64,000 nucleotides of DNA from the NCBI GenBank assembly GCA_963801165.1, contig CAWDDT010000005.1:224001-288000 (forward strand), in the 5' to 3' direction. The notes beneath the pieces were generated by a model. It ran no database searches. It saw only the letters and a list, made by a program, of their open reading frames with translations, and was not told the origin of the DNA. The translations under genes were made by a program, and so were the position numbers. Each line of letters begins with the position of its first letter. The stretch's first letter is position 1. Shown one piece after another: positions 29,717-39,368 of the stretch. The stretch is from an uncultured bacterium (lineage in GTDB: Bacteria; Actinomycetota; Acidimicrobiia; Spongiisociales; UBA5794).

Positions 29717-31123
29717 CTAGCAGTTGTCGTCCAGGGTTTCGATGCCGAGGAGCTGACGGGCCTCGTCCGGGGTGTGGGTGATCACGGTCTGAACATCCTG
29801 CTTGATCAGCGCCACGTTCGGTATGTTCCCGGTCGCGGTCGAATCGAGGATGTAGTCGGGGGGGATGAAGCGGATCGAGATCATGTTGTCCTGATCGATC
29901 TTGGGGAGGAGATCGATAAGGTCCGGGATACGGCCGAGCGGGATGTCGGTCTCCATCGTGTCCTCCAGGACACCGGCGAGTTGGGGGTAGCCAAGGGCCA
30001 GCTTCACCGGGTCGGCCTCGGCGAGGACTGCGTTGAGTAGACACCGCTGCCGGCCCATGCGGGCGTAGTCGTCGGCGTGACGGCGAGCTCGGACATAGGC
30101 AAGCGCCAAGTGACCGTCGAGATGCTGTTGGCCCGCCTCGATCCGGAGGTTGTCGATGCTGACCCCGTCCTCGTCGGGGTAGGTCTCGTCGACGATCGTG
30201 AACGGGACGTTTATGTCGACTCCACCGAGCGCGTCGACCACACCGATAAACCCATCGAGGGTCACGAGGGCGTAGTAGTGGATCGGAATGCCGAGGAGCT
30301 GTTCGAATCCGGCCTTGACCGCATTGACGCTCGGGCTCTGCGAACCGGGGTAGGCCTCCGGGCTCTCGATACCGGATACGTACAGATCGTTGAGCATGCG
30401 GGGGAAGCAGTCACAGCCCCAGATGCCCATCTCTTTGGGCAGCGGCACCTGGATCATGTTTCTGGGAAGGCTGAACAGGGCGACATCGCCGCTGTCGGGG
30501 TCGATGCTCGCCACGATCATCGTGTCTGTGCGAATTGCGGTTCGGCCGGGCCCTGCATCGCCACCTAGTAGGAGGATGTTGAGCCGATCGAGACCGTTCC
30601 ACAGCACCGGGCCCGGCTCGGCCTCGAACAGCGTCGTCGTGGTCGTCCCACCCGCGACTGCCGGCTCAGCCGTAGCCGCCGTCGTGGTTGTGACCGGCTC
30701 CTCGGACGCAAACGTGGTGGTGATGAAGTCGTAGTGAACAATGTCGTAGTAGCCGGCCACGGCATGAGGACCGGCCAGCAGAACGGCGAGGATCACGCCT
30801 GCGAGCGGTGTGAACCTCCCCCGCCCGTTGAGCGCCGCTTGCCGGTAGGCGTCATCAGCCGCCCAGAGCCGGAACCCGAGCAGCACGATATTGCCCAGCA
30901 TGGCGCCAATGAGCACCCCGGGCCGGAAAGCGGCCTTGACTACCTCGAGTTTGTTGAAGAACGCCAACCCGGCCAGAGCGACAAGTGCCACGTCGACGCT
31001 GAGCAAAACCAGTGCGCGCCGACGCAGCCCCGCATACCACTGCCCGGTTCCGGGGAGGACGGCAGACAGCAGCGCAGCCAATACCGGGCGCTTTCGAGCC
31101 CGCGCCGCACCGGCAGACACCAT
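29717..31123 (-). CDS. LCP family protein with multi-TM N-terminus
   Basis: LSAVLPGTGQWY TM region, NILLLGGDAG, RTDTMIV, SLPRN, YVRAR, DYARMGRQR. Confidence 0.9.
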   Translation of the reverse strand: MVSAGAARARKRPVLAALLSAVLPGTGQWYAGLRRRALVLLSVDVALVALAGLAFFNKLEVVKAAFRPGVLIGAMLGNIVLLGFRLWAADDAYRQAALNGRGRFTPLAGVILAVLLAGPHAVAGYYDIVHYDFITTTFASEEPVTTTTAATAEPAVAGGTTTTTLFEAEPGPVLWNGLDRLNILLLGGDAGPGRTAIRTDTMIVASIDPDSGDVALFSLPRNMIQVPLPKEMGIWGCDCFPRMLNDLYVSGIESPEAYPGSQSPSVNAVKAGFEQLLGIPIHYYALVTLDGFIGVVDALGGVDINVPFTIVDETYPDEDGVSIDNLRIEAGQQHLDGHLALAYVRARRHADDYARMGRQRCLLNAVLAEADPVKLALGYPQLAGVLEDTMETDIPLGRIPDLIDLLPKIDQDNMISIRFIPPDYILDSTATGNIPNVALIKQDVQTVITHTPDEARQLLGIETLDDNC

Positions 31124-31243
31124 TTCTCCATGGTCGTAATCGGTTCTATCGCCGATCTCTCCGCCCTTCCCAGCTCGCAACGACGAAGTATCGTATGTGC
31201 CCAGCCGAGGAGCAACCGTAGGCAAGCAACGGCACAGAGGCGC

Positions 31244-33160
31244 ATGCAACGAGAACCCGCCGATCCGCTCCCCGAGGGGGCATCACCAGTAACCCGCACC
31301 CGGTTTGCCAGTCTCACCGAGGACGGAACCGGGCACATCCTTGCCGGCAGCCTGCTCGCCGGCCTAGCGGCGTACGCCTATCAGATCATCGGCGCGCGCA
31401 CGCTCGGCGCCACCGCGTTCGCCCCGGTATCGGTGTTGCTGACGATCCACTTCCTCACCTTCATCGTCTTCCTGCTCCCGGTCGAGCAACTGGTCGTCAG
31501 GCGTCTGACCCTCAATCGAGCCAACTCCGGGCTGCCCAAACAAGCAGTCTGGCTCTCGGCGTTCACCGTCGTTGCTGCGACGACATTCGCGTGGCTCGGT
31601 GTCAACCGGTTCCTCAACGGCGACAAGAGATTCATCGTCTTCACCGCGCTCACCGTCTCGGTCCACGTCGGGTATGCCGCAGCCCGTGGCCACCTGGCGG
31701 GCTGGCGACGCTTCCGCGAGTACGGCTATGCAAGCGGTGGCGCCAACATCCTCCGCTTGGTCGTGTCACTGCTGATTCTGGCGCTTCGACCGTCGGCGTC
31801 CGGGCTCGCCATCGCCCTCATCGTCGGACCGTTCATCACCCTGGTTTGGCATCCCTTCAGAAGGGTCGAGAGCTCTCGCAGCACATTGGCAGCCGAGGAG
31901 GCCGCCGCCGTGGGCGAGCGAGGCTTGCTCAGCGGGCTCGTTCTCTCCTCGGCAGCATCCCAGGCGCTCCTGCTCGCCGGACCGGTGGTTGCCGGCGTAC
32001 TCGGGGCGACCCAGGCGTCGATCAGCATCGTGTTTGCGACATTCACCCTGTTCCGGGCGCCGCTCACGTTCGGATACAACTTGATCGCCCGGGTATTGCC
32101 GCCATTCACCGAGATGGCGGCGCGCCAGCAGCGTCAGGAACTGGCCGCCTGGGCTCGCGGCATCGCCGCGGCAGGGGCGGGCCTGTCAACACTCGGCTTC
32201 TTGATGGGGTACTTCTTCGGCCCGTGGGTGGTTGCGGCGGCTTTCGGCTCGGATTTCCGACCCGAGCCGGGGCCGGCGGCGCTGATTGCAGGTGGCGTCG
32301 TCCTTGCTGGTGCCGGTTTGTTCGTGGCCCAGGTATTGGTCGCGCAAGGAAAGCCGGCGGCGCTCGGGACGGCGTGGGTGGTCGGACTCGTTGCCTCGGC
32401 TGCCGGCCTGCTCTTGTCCGGCGGCGACGCCGCGGCGCGGGTGGCGGTTGCGTTCGTGGCAGGCGAGGCGGTGGCGCTGGCATCGCTGGCTATTGGTGCC
32501 ATGGTCAAACCGGTCGGTGTCCAGGACCCCGCGGGAACCGCGTACAACCTGGCCAAGCGCACCATCGACATTGCGGTATCGGCCGTGGCGTTGATACTCA
32601 CGTTCCCGCTGCTGCTGGTCAGCATCGTCGCCATCAAACTCGATTCGAGAGGGCCTGCATTCTTCCGCCAGGAGCGAGTAGGGCGCAATAGGAAGCACTT
32701 TGCCATGATGAAGTTGCGCACAATGCGCGCCGACGAAGGCGAGAAACTCTTCGCCGAGCATCTCGAGCAGATGGAGGCAGCACTCCGCAACAACGAAGCG
32801 GCGGGCATCCGTATCGACGACGATCCCCGCATCACCAGAGTCGGCAAGTGGCTGCGCCGGCTCTCGCTCGACGAGCTTCCCAACCTGTGGGATGTACTGC
32901 TGGGGAGGATGTCGCTCGTCGGCCCCCGTCCACTCGTTCCCGCCGAGGCCGAGCTGATCGGCTGGGAGAACCCGAGGTTCACGGTCAAACCGGGCGTCAC
33001 CGGCCTGGCTCAGGTATCGGGCCGTGACCAGATAACCGCGGATCAACGGACGGCGTACGACAGCGAGTACGTGCGAACACGATCGCTTGCCCTCGATATC
33101 CGCATCATGCTGAAGACGGTTGCGATCGTCCTGGTCCCCGGTCGTTTCCGCCTACGGTGA
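31244..33160 (+). CDS. Fusion of a Wzx-like polysaccharide flippase and a phosphoglycosyl transferase (bacterial sugar transferase)
   Basis: About 430 aa of polytopic sequence, then KRTIDI, FRQERVG, KLRTM, DDPRIT, SLDELP, MSLVGPRP and KPGVTG in one frame. Confidence 0.85.
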   Translation: MQREPADPLPEGASPVTRTRFASLTEDGTGHILAGSLLAGLAAYAYQIIGARTLGATAFAPVSVLLTIHFLTFIVFLLPVEQLVVRRLTLNRANSGLPKQAVWLSAFTVVAATTFAWLGVNRFLNGDKRFIVFTALTVSVHVGYAAARGHLAGWRRFREYGYASGGANILRLVVSLLILALRPSASGLAIALIVGPFITLVWHPFRRVESSRSTLAAEEAAAVGERGLLSGLVLSSAASQALLLAGPVVAGVLGATQASISIVFATFTLFRAPLTFGYNLIARVLPPFTEMAARQQRQELAAWARGIAAAGAGLSTLGFLMGYFFGPWVVAAAFGSDFRPEPGPAALIAGGVVLAGAGLFVAQVLVAQGKPAALGTAWVVGLVASAAGLLLSGGDAAARVAVAFVAGEAVALASLAIGAMVKPVGVQDPAGTAYNLAKRTIDIAVSAVALILTFPLLLVSIVAIKLDSRGPAFFRQERVGRNRKHFAMMKLRTMRADEGEKLFAEHLEQMEAALRNNEAAGIRIDDDPRITRVGKWLRRLSLDELPNLWDVLLGRMSLVGPRPLVPAEAELIGWENPRFTVKPGVTGLAQVSGRDQITADQRTAYDSEYVRTRSLALDIRIMLKTVAIVLVPGRFRLR

Positions 33161-33606
33161 GCCGGATGCACATCGAACCGGAGACACTCCTCAAGGCGCT
33201 GCGCTCCCAGGGGCTGCGTATCACCAGGGCGCGGCGTGCGGTTTGTGCCGTCATCGCTGAGCGACACGACGAGCATCTCACCGCGGCGTCGATCCTGGCC
33301 GCGGTGGCCGCCGGCGACAACGCCCGTGCCGATCAGTCGACTGTGTACCGCACCCTCGATGCGCTCGAGCAGGCCGACCTCCTGGTGCACAGCCATCTCG
33401 GCCACGGTCCCGCCGTATATCACCTTGCCGCTGAGGCCGAGCACCAGCACGTCGTCTGCAGAAGGTGCGGTGCCACCGCCTCGGTGCCGACGACTGGCAT
33501 CAGCGATTGGCTCGAGCAACTGGAAGTAGCCACCGGCTTCGTCGTCGACCCCACCCATTTCGCAGTCACCGGCCTGTGCCCGCGGTGCGCCGCCGAGTCG
33601 AGCTGA
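33157..33606 (+). CDS. nur: Fur-family regulator, Nur (nickel uptake regulator) type
   Basis: STVYRTL, HSHLGHGPAVYHLA and THFAV resemble Streptomyces Nur (HAHLGHGAPTYHLA...KHFAI, recalled). Two CxxC motifs. Confidence 0.75.
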   Translation: MSRMHIEPETLLKALRSQGLRITRARRAVCAVIAERHDEHLTAASILAAVAAGDNARADQSTVYRTLDALEQADLLVHSHLGHGPAVYHLAAEAEHQHVVCRRCGATASVPTTGISDWLEQLEVATGFVVDPTHFAVTGLCPRCAAESS

Positions 33607-33777
33607 TCCGCACGACAAGTTTTCGGTTAGCTGCACACAAGGTCAAACCGATAGCACTAATCAATGTCGAGTTGGATCAATCGCGTCGAGATCTGGACCG
33701 AAGTGGGGGCATTCCCGTTGGTCGCAACCGGCGGGCACTGGACGTTGCGCAGACGTTCATGGAAGAGGAGGTAGGAG

Positions 33778-34206
33778 ATGCATGTCGTTTGGGGGGCCGT
33801 GGTTGCGTTGCTGTCGTTGATCGCGTGGGGTGGCCAGACGGTGTCCTGGTTGGCACCGCGCCGGGCACACCCTCTTGCGGACACGAGCATTCGGAGCGAG
33901 CCTGCCTACTGGATCGGGATTCGAGGAGAAGCACCGCTCGACGCCGTCACCCTATGGACGATGGTGGTCGCGGGCGTTCTGTTGACCCTCGGCATCGGCG
34001 CGTGGGCTTACTTCGGGTTGGTCGGAGGCGGGATGTATGTCTACTTCGCCGGCCGCGGTCTGCTCGACCACGTCGTCGCCGAGCGTGGGGGCGTCCCCGC
34101 TAACCAGCGAAGAAACCACACGATCGGGTACCTCATGCTGGTGGCATGGGCCGCGATGGGTTTGGCCATGATCGTGGCCGCGATGGTTGCGCTCTCGACT
34201 ACCTAG
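33778..34206 (+). CDS. Hypothetical 4-TM membrane protein
   Basis: Strong GAGGAGG/AGGAG SD and hydrophobic helices. Confidence 0.65.
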   Translation: MHVVWGAVVALLSLIAWGGQTVSWLAPRRAHPLADTSIRSEPAYWIGIRGEAPLDAVTLWTMVVAGVLLTLGIGAWAYFGLVGGGMYVYFAGRGLLDHVVAERGGVPANQRRNHTIGYLMLVAWAAMGLAMIVAAMVALSTT

Positions 34207-34229
34207 ACCTCGGAGGATTTCCGTTCGCG

Positions 34230-35393
34230 CTACCACTCGTTGACGAGCGTGTCGACCAGATGTGGGGTGTACAGGGCGGGCTCGAGCAGGAAAGAGTCGT
34301 GCCCCTTGTCCGAGTGGACTGTGATCCGGCGGTGGGGAACGTCGGCGTCCTTGAGAAGAAGCGCCAGCTCGGCCTGCTCCTCGGGGTAGAAGCACACATC
34401 GGAATCGATCGAGAACAGCATGTAGCGCTGGTTCTTGCATCGGGTGAAGACCTCGGCGAGGTCCCCTGCCTCCGCCTCAGCGACGAGATCGAAGTGCTGC
34501 CAGGCTTCGGAGATCCGGACGTAGCTGTTGGCGTCGAAACGGGCGACGAACTTTCGCCCCTGGTGCCACATGTACGACTCCATCGGATCGGCGATGCGGT
34601 AGGTGCCGGGGCCTTCGGTACGGTCGATCATCTCGCCCCTGGCCCGTTCCTGCATCGCTTCCAGGGAGACAAACGACTTGTGTCCGATCATCCTAGCGAG
34701 CATCAACCCGGAGTTGGGTGACGGGCCGCCGTAGTAGTCACCGTCACGGAAATTCGGGTCGTTCTCAATGGCTGTGATCTGCTCGAAGTTGTGGAGCGTC
34801 TGCAAAGCCGTAACCCGTACCCCCGAGGCAATCGGGATGACGATGTCGACCATCTCGGGGAAGCGAGTGGCCAGGCTCATGGTCAGCAGCCCACCGGTCG
34901 AAGCCCCGGTCACGGCGTGGAGCTTCTCGATCCCGAGGTGCTCGAGCAGCCGGACCTGGGTGTCGGCTATGTCGGCGAATGTGACTCTCGGGAACCGGGA
35001 CCCATACGGTTTTCCGGTTGCAGGCTCGATCGAGGAGGGGCCGGTGGAGCCGTAGCAACCGCCCAGGTAGTTGGCGGCGATGACGAAGAACCGATCGGTG
35101 TCGAGCGCCTTCCCGGGGCCGATGAACCCGTCCCACCATCCCGACTGGCATTCCTCGGTCCAGCGCGACTCCACACCGGGGACGGCCGGGTTGAAGCCGG
35201 CGGCGTGCTGGCTCCCGGTAAGGGCGTGAAAGACGAGGACGGCATTGGAGTGGTCATCGTCGAGTTTGCCGTATGTCTCGTATGCGATCGTCACTTCATC
35301 GAGCGTGCCGCCGGATCGCATCGCATACGGCTCGTTTGCGCTGCCGAATGTGAAGAACTGCGTCTCGGTGGTCCCCACGCTGTAACGGGTCAT
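34230..35393 (-). CDS. metX: Homoserine O-acetyltransferase (MetX family)
   Basis: HALTGSQHAAG, GGCYGSTGPSS, GASTGG nucleophile elbow, RFDANSY, GHDSFL. Confidence 0.92.
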   Translation of the reverse strand: MTRYSVGTTETQFFTFGSANEPYAMRSGGTLDEVTIAYETYGKLDDDHSNAVLVFHALTGSQHAAGFNPAVPGVESRWTEECQSGWWDGFIGPGKALDTDRFFVIAANYLGGCYGSTGPSSIEPATGKPYGSRFPRVTFADIADTQVRLLEHLGIEKLHAVTGASTGGLLTMSLATRFPEMVDIVIPIASGVRVTALQTLHNFEQITAIENDPNFRDGDYYGGPSPNSGLMLARMIGHKSFVSLEAMQERARGEMIDRTEGPGTYRIADPMESYMWHQGRKFVARFDANSYVRISEAWQHFDLVAEAEAGDLAEVFTRCKNQRYMLFSIDSDVCFYPEEQAELALLLKDADVPHRRITVHSDKGHDSFLLEPALYTPHLVDTLVNEW

Positions 35394-35458
35394 GGCATGC
35401 TCCGACGGTGAGCGCAAACCGTACTACGTCGGTAGTACCGGGTTTGTCGGCATCCTCC

Positions 35459-36664
35459 TCACAGCGACGGGGATGGAGCGATCGACACCGGGGGGCGGTC
35501 CATTCGCCGCCCGAGTATCGCCAGCAAGACGACGATGACGAAGAGGGCGGGCACCAGCCCGAAGGCGGCTCGGATTCCGGCTTGATCGGCGATCACGCCC
35601 AGGGTCAGCGGTGCCAGTAGCACGGCACCACCGGCTGAGATGTTCATGCGTGCCGCCGCGATGTCGGAACGTCCCCGCGCCGCGCCCATGGAGAGCGACA
35701 GGATCATGGGAAACTGCATCGAGATGCCGAGCCCGGCGCCGAGAAGACCGCAGACCACCGGTACGACCGAGCTGGAACCCCAGAACAGGAGGAAGCCTGC
35801 CAATCCGACCCCGGAGGTACCGAACAGCAGCGGGATCGGGCTCACGGTGCGGGCAACTCTCGAGCCCAGGAAACGGCCCATCACCATGGCTCCAAAGAAT
35901 GCCGTCATGAGGAAGGATGCGGTCCCCCGGGTGGTGCCTGCCACCTCTACCAGGTAGTCCGCCCCCCAGGCTCCGACCGACCACTCGGCGCCCACGGCCG
36001 GGATGAACGCCACCCACAATATCCAATAGGCGCCCGGGAGACGCCTGCGACGAGTCGTCGGCTCCTCGCGGGGAGCGGGCGGGAACGTCTCGCCGCGCAA
36101 CGCCAAACGGTGTCCGGCCACGATCAGAACCGGCACAAAGAACGCAGGCCGCCATCCGAGCCCGGCGGCGAGCGTTACCCCGATGAGCAAAGCCGGAATG
36201 ACGCTGCCGAGGCTCATGGCAGTGTTGACCTCGGTCAGAGCTATCGACCGGTGCGAGGGATGATGATCAGAGAGAGTGGCCTGGCTCACAGTCAGCATCG
36301 CCGCCCCGGAGATCCCGGCGAGCAGAGCTCCCATCAGCGTCACCGCCGGGTTGGGGCCGATGCCGATGAGCGCCGCTCCGGCGGCAACCCCGACACCGCC
36401 CAGCCAGAACACACGACGGCGCTCCCAGCGTCTGATGAGCCGTTCCACGACGAAGCCGGAAAGCACCGAGCCGGCAGCAAGTGCGGTGAAGTGGAGACCA
36501 CCCACCGTGCGGCTCATCCCCAGGTCCTCGCGCATCGAGGGCATTGCGGGCCCCATCGCGGCGACCGCAAAACCGAACGCCGTCGCCATCCCATACACGA
36601 GCAGGGTCAGTCGGTCCCGGGTGAAAGCCCCCGAGCCGTCGCGGTGGTGAGGGTGGCTGCTCAC
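35459..36664 (-). CDS. MFS transporter
   Basis: About 12 hydrophobic segments, GPAMPSMREDLG, MGRFLG, LGVIADQAG. GTG start after a GAGG SD. Confidence 0.88.
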   Translation of the reverse strand: MSSHPHHRDGSGAFTRDRLTLLVYGMATAFGFAVAAMGPAMPSMREDLGMSRTVGGLHFTALAAGSVLSGFVVERLIRRWERRRVFWLGGVGVAAGAALIGIGPNPAVTLMGALLAGISGAAMLTVSQATLSDHHPSHRSIALTEVNTAMSLGSVIPALLIGVTLAAGLGWRPAFFVPVLIVAGHRLALRGETFPPAPREEPTTRRRRLPGAYWILWVAFIPAVGAEWSVGAWGADYLVEVAGTTRGTASFLMTAFFGAMVMGRFLGSRVARTVSPIPLLFGTSGVGLAGFLLFWGSSSVVPVVCGLLGAGLGISMQFPMILSLSMGAARGRSDIAAARMNISAGGAVLLAPLTLGVIADQAGIRAAFGLVPALFVIVVLLAILGRRMDRPPVSIAPSPSL

Positions 36665-36744
36665 TGCGTCCTCTGAGCCTAGTGACGGCGTCGGTGTGCG
36701 GCGGCCCGGCAGGTATCTTGGCCGTGCCGCCACAGAGGAGCGTG

Positions 36745-37140
36745 ATGACCCGGTTCGTCGTCGACACCAGTGCTGTTCTCCACATCGTGAGCAACGAGAT
36801 CGACATCTCGGAGTCGCACAGGCTGCTCGCACCCACCCTGCTTCGTTCGCAAATGCTGTCTCTGCTGCACGAGGCGGTTGACCGCGGCGCAATGACGGCG
36901 GAGACGGCCCTTGACTACCTGACCCGCTATCGCAAGATCAGGATGCGCCTTCTCGGCGATGCCGTGCTGCAACGACAAGCGTGGAAGATCGCCGACCAAC
37001 TCGGCTGGAACTCCACCTACGACGCCGAGTACATCGCCCTCACCAAACTCCAGGCCGATGCCTTTGTCACGCTGGACGAGACGCTGGCGAGACAGGTACA
37101 GGGGATTGTGGTGACGGCGTCTATCCATGAGCTCTCATAA
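36745..37140 (+). CDS. PIN-domain (VapC-like) ribonuclease, no adjacent antitoxin
   Basis: FVVDTSA, YDAEYIAL, FVTLD. GAGGAG SD. Confidence 0.85.
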   Translation: MTRFVVDTSAVLHIVSNEIDISESHRLLAPTLLRSQMLSLLHEAVDRGAMTAETALDYLTRYRKIRMRLLGDAVLQRQAWKIADQLGWNSTYDAEYIALTKLQADAFVTLDETLARQVQGIVVTASIHELS

Positions 37141-37153
37141 CGGGGAAACGGCG

Positions 37154-37462
37154 CTACCGATGCGCCGCGAGCAGGGCGTCGAGCAGCTGCCGGCGAGTCG
37201 GGGAGCCGGCCAGGCCTCCCGGCGTCGCGTAGAGACGACAACTCAACCCGAGTGGCGCTTCGGGATCGGCGAACGGATCAACACCATCGATGAGGACCGT
37301 CGGCGAGCCACGGAACCCGAGCTCGATCGCACTCTCGGTCGTCTCGATGAGCTGGTAGCGACTTTCCGACGCCAGGTGATGCTCCTCGATCAGGTCACGG
37401 AGGTCAGCCGAGGTCGTCTCCCAATTCGGGCAGCCATCGAAGTACTGAAGTGTGATGTCCAT
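37154..37462 (-). CDS. Small thioredoxin-fold protein (DUF2703 / DF-family-like, Cys form)
   Basis: YFDGCPN, GFRGSPTVLIDGVDPF, LSCRLY. Confidence 0.75.
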   Translation of the reverse strand: MDITLQYFDGCPNWETTSADLRDLIEEHHLASESRYQLIETTESAIELGFRGSPTVLIDGVDPFADPEAPLGLSCRLYATPGGLAGSPTRRQLLDALLAAHR

Positions 37463-37584
37463 CGACGTGGTCCTTATCCGCCGGATCCAAGGCTATCTCG
37501 GAAAGCCCGGCTTCGCCCGAAAGAGCGTCACAGGCGCCTCAGCGCCGCCGACCTTCCCGCGGTCTCAGGTCGGAAACCGCGCTA

Positions 37585-37613
37585 TCCTTATTGCGAACTG
37601 TTTGCAATAAGGA
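37585..37613. promoter_or_regulatory. Nur-box-like palindrome overlapping the nikM ribosome-binding site
   Basis: TCCTTATTGC-GAACTGTTT-GCAATAAGGA. The core TTGCGA-N5-TTGCAA is one mismatch from TTGCAA-N5-TTGCAA. Confidence 0.75.
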
Positions 37614-37621
37614 GCGGGCCG

Positions 37622-38296
37622 GTGCACATACCGGACGGATTCATCAACGGCACCACGTCTGCGGGGTTCGGCGTCGCCGCAGCCGGCGGTCTCGGTGCCG
37701 CAGTCAAACAGACGGGCAAATACCTGAGCGAGCGGCAGATCCCGCTGGCCGGGTTGGTCGCTGCCTTCGTGTTTGCTGCTCAGATGGTGAACTTCCCGGT
37801 TATGACCGGAGTCAGCGGCCATCTCCTCGGCGGCGTTCTCGCTGCGGTCCTGGTGGGACCGTGGGCAGGGTTCGTGGTGCTCTCGGTCGTCCTCATCGTC
37901 CAGGGGGTCTTCTTTGCCGATGGCGGGCTCAGCGCGCTCGGGCTCAACATCGTGAACATGGCCTTCATCGGGGCCGTCGCCGGCTATGCGATATACCGGC
38001 TGCTGCTCCACATTCTTCCCCGCGACGGGCGCGGCGTCACCATCGCCGCCGGGATCGCTGCCGGCATCTCGGTCCCGCTGGCGGCCCTGGGGTTCGTCGT
38101 CGAGTTCGCCATAGGCGGCACCGCCGGGGTATCTCTCGGCACCGTGCTGGCGGCGATGCTCGGCACCCACGTTCTCATCGGGATCGGCGAAGGCCTCATC
38201 ACTGCTCTCGTCGTCGGGACGGTGGTGCGGAGCAGAGCCGATCTCGTCTACGGCGCCCCGCAGTTCGTAGGACAGCGAACCGAGGCACTGAGATGA
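37622..38296 (+). CDS. nikM: ECF Ni/Co transporter S component (NikM/CbiM)
   Basis: N-terminus MHIPDG (GTG start), FAAQMVNFP, SGHLLG, ADGG, IGEG. Confidence 0.88.
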   Translation: MHIPDGFINGTTSAGFGVAAAGGLGAAVKQTGKYLSERQIPLAGLVAAFVFAAQMVNFPVMTGVSGHLLGGVLAAVLVGPWAGFVVLSVVLIVQGVFFADGGLSALGLNIVNMAFIGAVAGYAIYRLLLHILPRDGRGVTIAAGIAAGISVPLAALGFVVEFAIGGTAGVSLGTVLAAMLGTHVLIGIGEGLITALVVGTVVRSRADLVYGAPQFVGQRTEALR

Positions 38297-38607
38297 GCAC
38301 GAAGCGCATCTTTCTCATCGGCGCGCTGGTCACCCTCGTCGTCGCCGTCGTCATCTCCCAATTCGCTTCAGCTTCCCCGGACGGCCTCGAGTACGTAGCG
38401 AACAAGCAGGGCTTCGCCGGCGCGGCAGCCGACCACAGCCTCTCCGACTCTCCCCTCGCCGACTACGGGGAGAACCTCACCGACAACAGCGGCCTCAACA
38501 CGGCGATCGCCGGTGGCGTGGGGATCGTGATCACGTTTGCGCTCGGCTACGGCGTCTTCTGGCTGGCCAAGAAGACAAACAAGACGCCGCCGGAGTCCAC
38601 CGGATGA
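38293..38607 (+). CDS. nikN: PDGLE-domain protein (NikN-like)
   Basis: ASASPDGLEYVA...SPLADY between two TM helices. ATGA coupling. Confidence 0.85.
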   Translation: MSTKRIFLIGALVTLVVAVVISQFASASPDGLEYVANKQGFAGAAADHSLSDSPLADYGENLTDNSGLNTAIAGGVGIVITFALGYGVFWLAKKTNKTPPESTG

Positions 38608-39368
38608 GCGGCGGTCACGTTCACGCCCTCTACCGGCACGGCGACACGATCCTCCACCGGCTGCGGCCGCAGGTGAAAATCGCCGCCGCGTTCCTGTTCG
38701 TCTTCGCTGTAGTCGCCACGCCCCGGGAAGCCTGGTGGGCGTTTGCCCTCTACGCGGTTGTCCTGATCGCGCTGGCCACCACTTCCCGGCTTGGTGGTCG
38801 GTTCGTGGCGACCCGGATGCTCATCGAGCTCCCGTTCGTCGTCGCCGCACTGGCGTTCCCGTTCTTCACCGCCGGGGACAAGGTCACCGTGCTCGGTTTG
38901 GAGCTGTCCCGAACCGGGCTTTGGGACATGTGGAACGTCCTGGCCAAGGCGACTCTCGGCTTGTTCACCTCGATCGTCCTGGCGGGCACGACCGACATCC
39001 CTTCGATGCTCAGAGGCTTCGAGAAGCTGCACGTACCGCGGACTCTGACGGCAATCATGGGCTTCATGATCCGCTACCTCGACGTCGTCCTCGGTGAGTT
39101 CCGCCGGATGCGGGTCGCCATGCAGTCCCGCGGGCACGACCCGACCTGGATCGGCCAGGCTGGGCCGTATGCTCGATCTGCCGGCCTGATCTTCATCCGC
39201 TCCTATGAACGCGGGGAGCGTGTCTACCTGGCAATGGCGTCACGCGGCTACAGCGGCCAGATGCCGGCAACCCCCGGGGACGAGGCGACCGCCGGCCAGT
39301 GGACGGCGGGGCTGCTGGTCGCGGCCTTCGCCTGGGTGGTGGCCGGTTCGGCGTGGTGGCTGCGATGA
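38604..39368 (+). CDS. nikQ: ECF T component (NikQ/CbiQ)
   Basis: HRLRPQVKI, RYL, AMQSRG, RSYERGERVYLAMASRGY. Confidence 0.9.
   Translation: MSGGHVHALYRHGDTILHRLRPQVKIAAAFLFVFAVVATPREAWWAFALYAVVLIALATTSRLGGRFVATRMLIELPFVVAALAFPFFTAGDKVTVLGLELSRTGLWDMWNVLAKATLGLFTSIVLAGTTDIPSMLRGFEKLHVPRTLTAIMGFMIRYLDVVLGEFRRMRVAMQSRGHDPTWIGQAGPYARSAGLIFIRSYERGERVYLAMASRGYSGQMPATPGDEATAGQWTAGLLVAAFAWVVAGSAWWLR

Noticed and set aside
29306-30040. ORFs with repeated 34-aa peptides across the tandem repeat
   Set aside because: They are open on both strands only because the period is a multiple of 3, and they overlap the LCP genes.
35394-35458. SAM riboswitch before metX (also checked before the Cys/Met lyase at 41098)
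   Set aside because: The intergenic space is too short and no SAM-I/IV core is visible.
37463-37621. Cobalamin riboswitch before the cbiM-like gene
   Set aside because: No B12-box (GGGAA...GCCACTG) seen. The palindrome and MHIPDG start fit a nickel system better.
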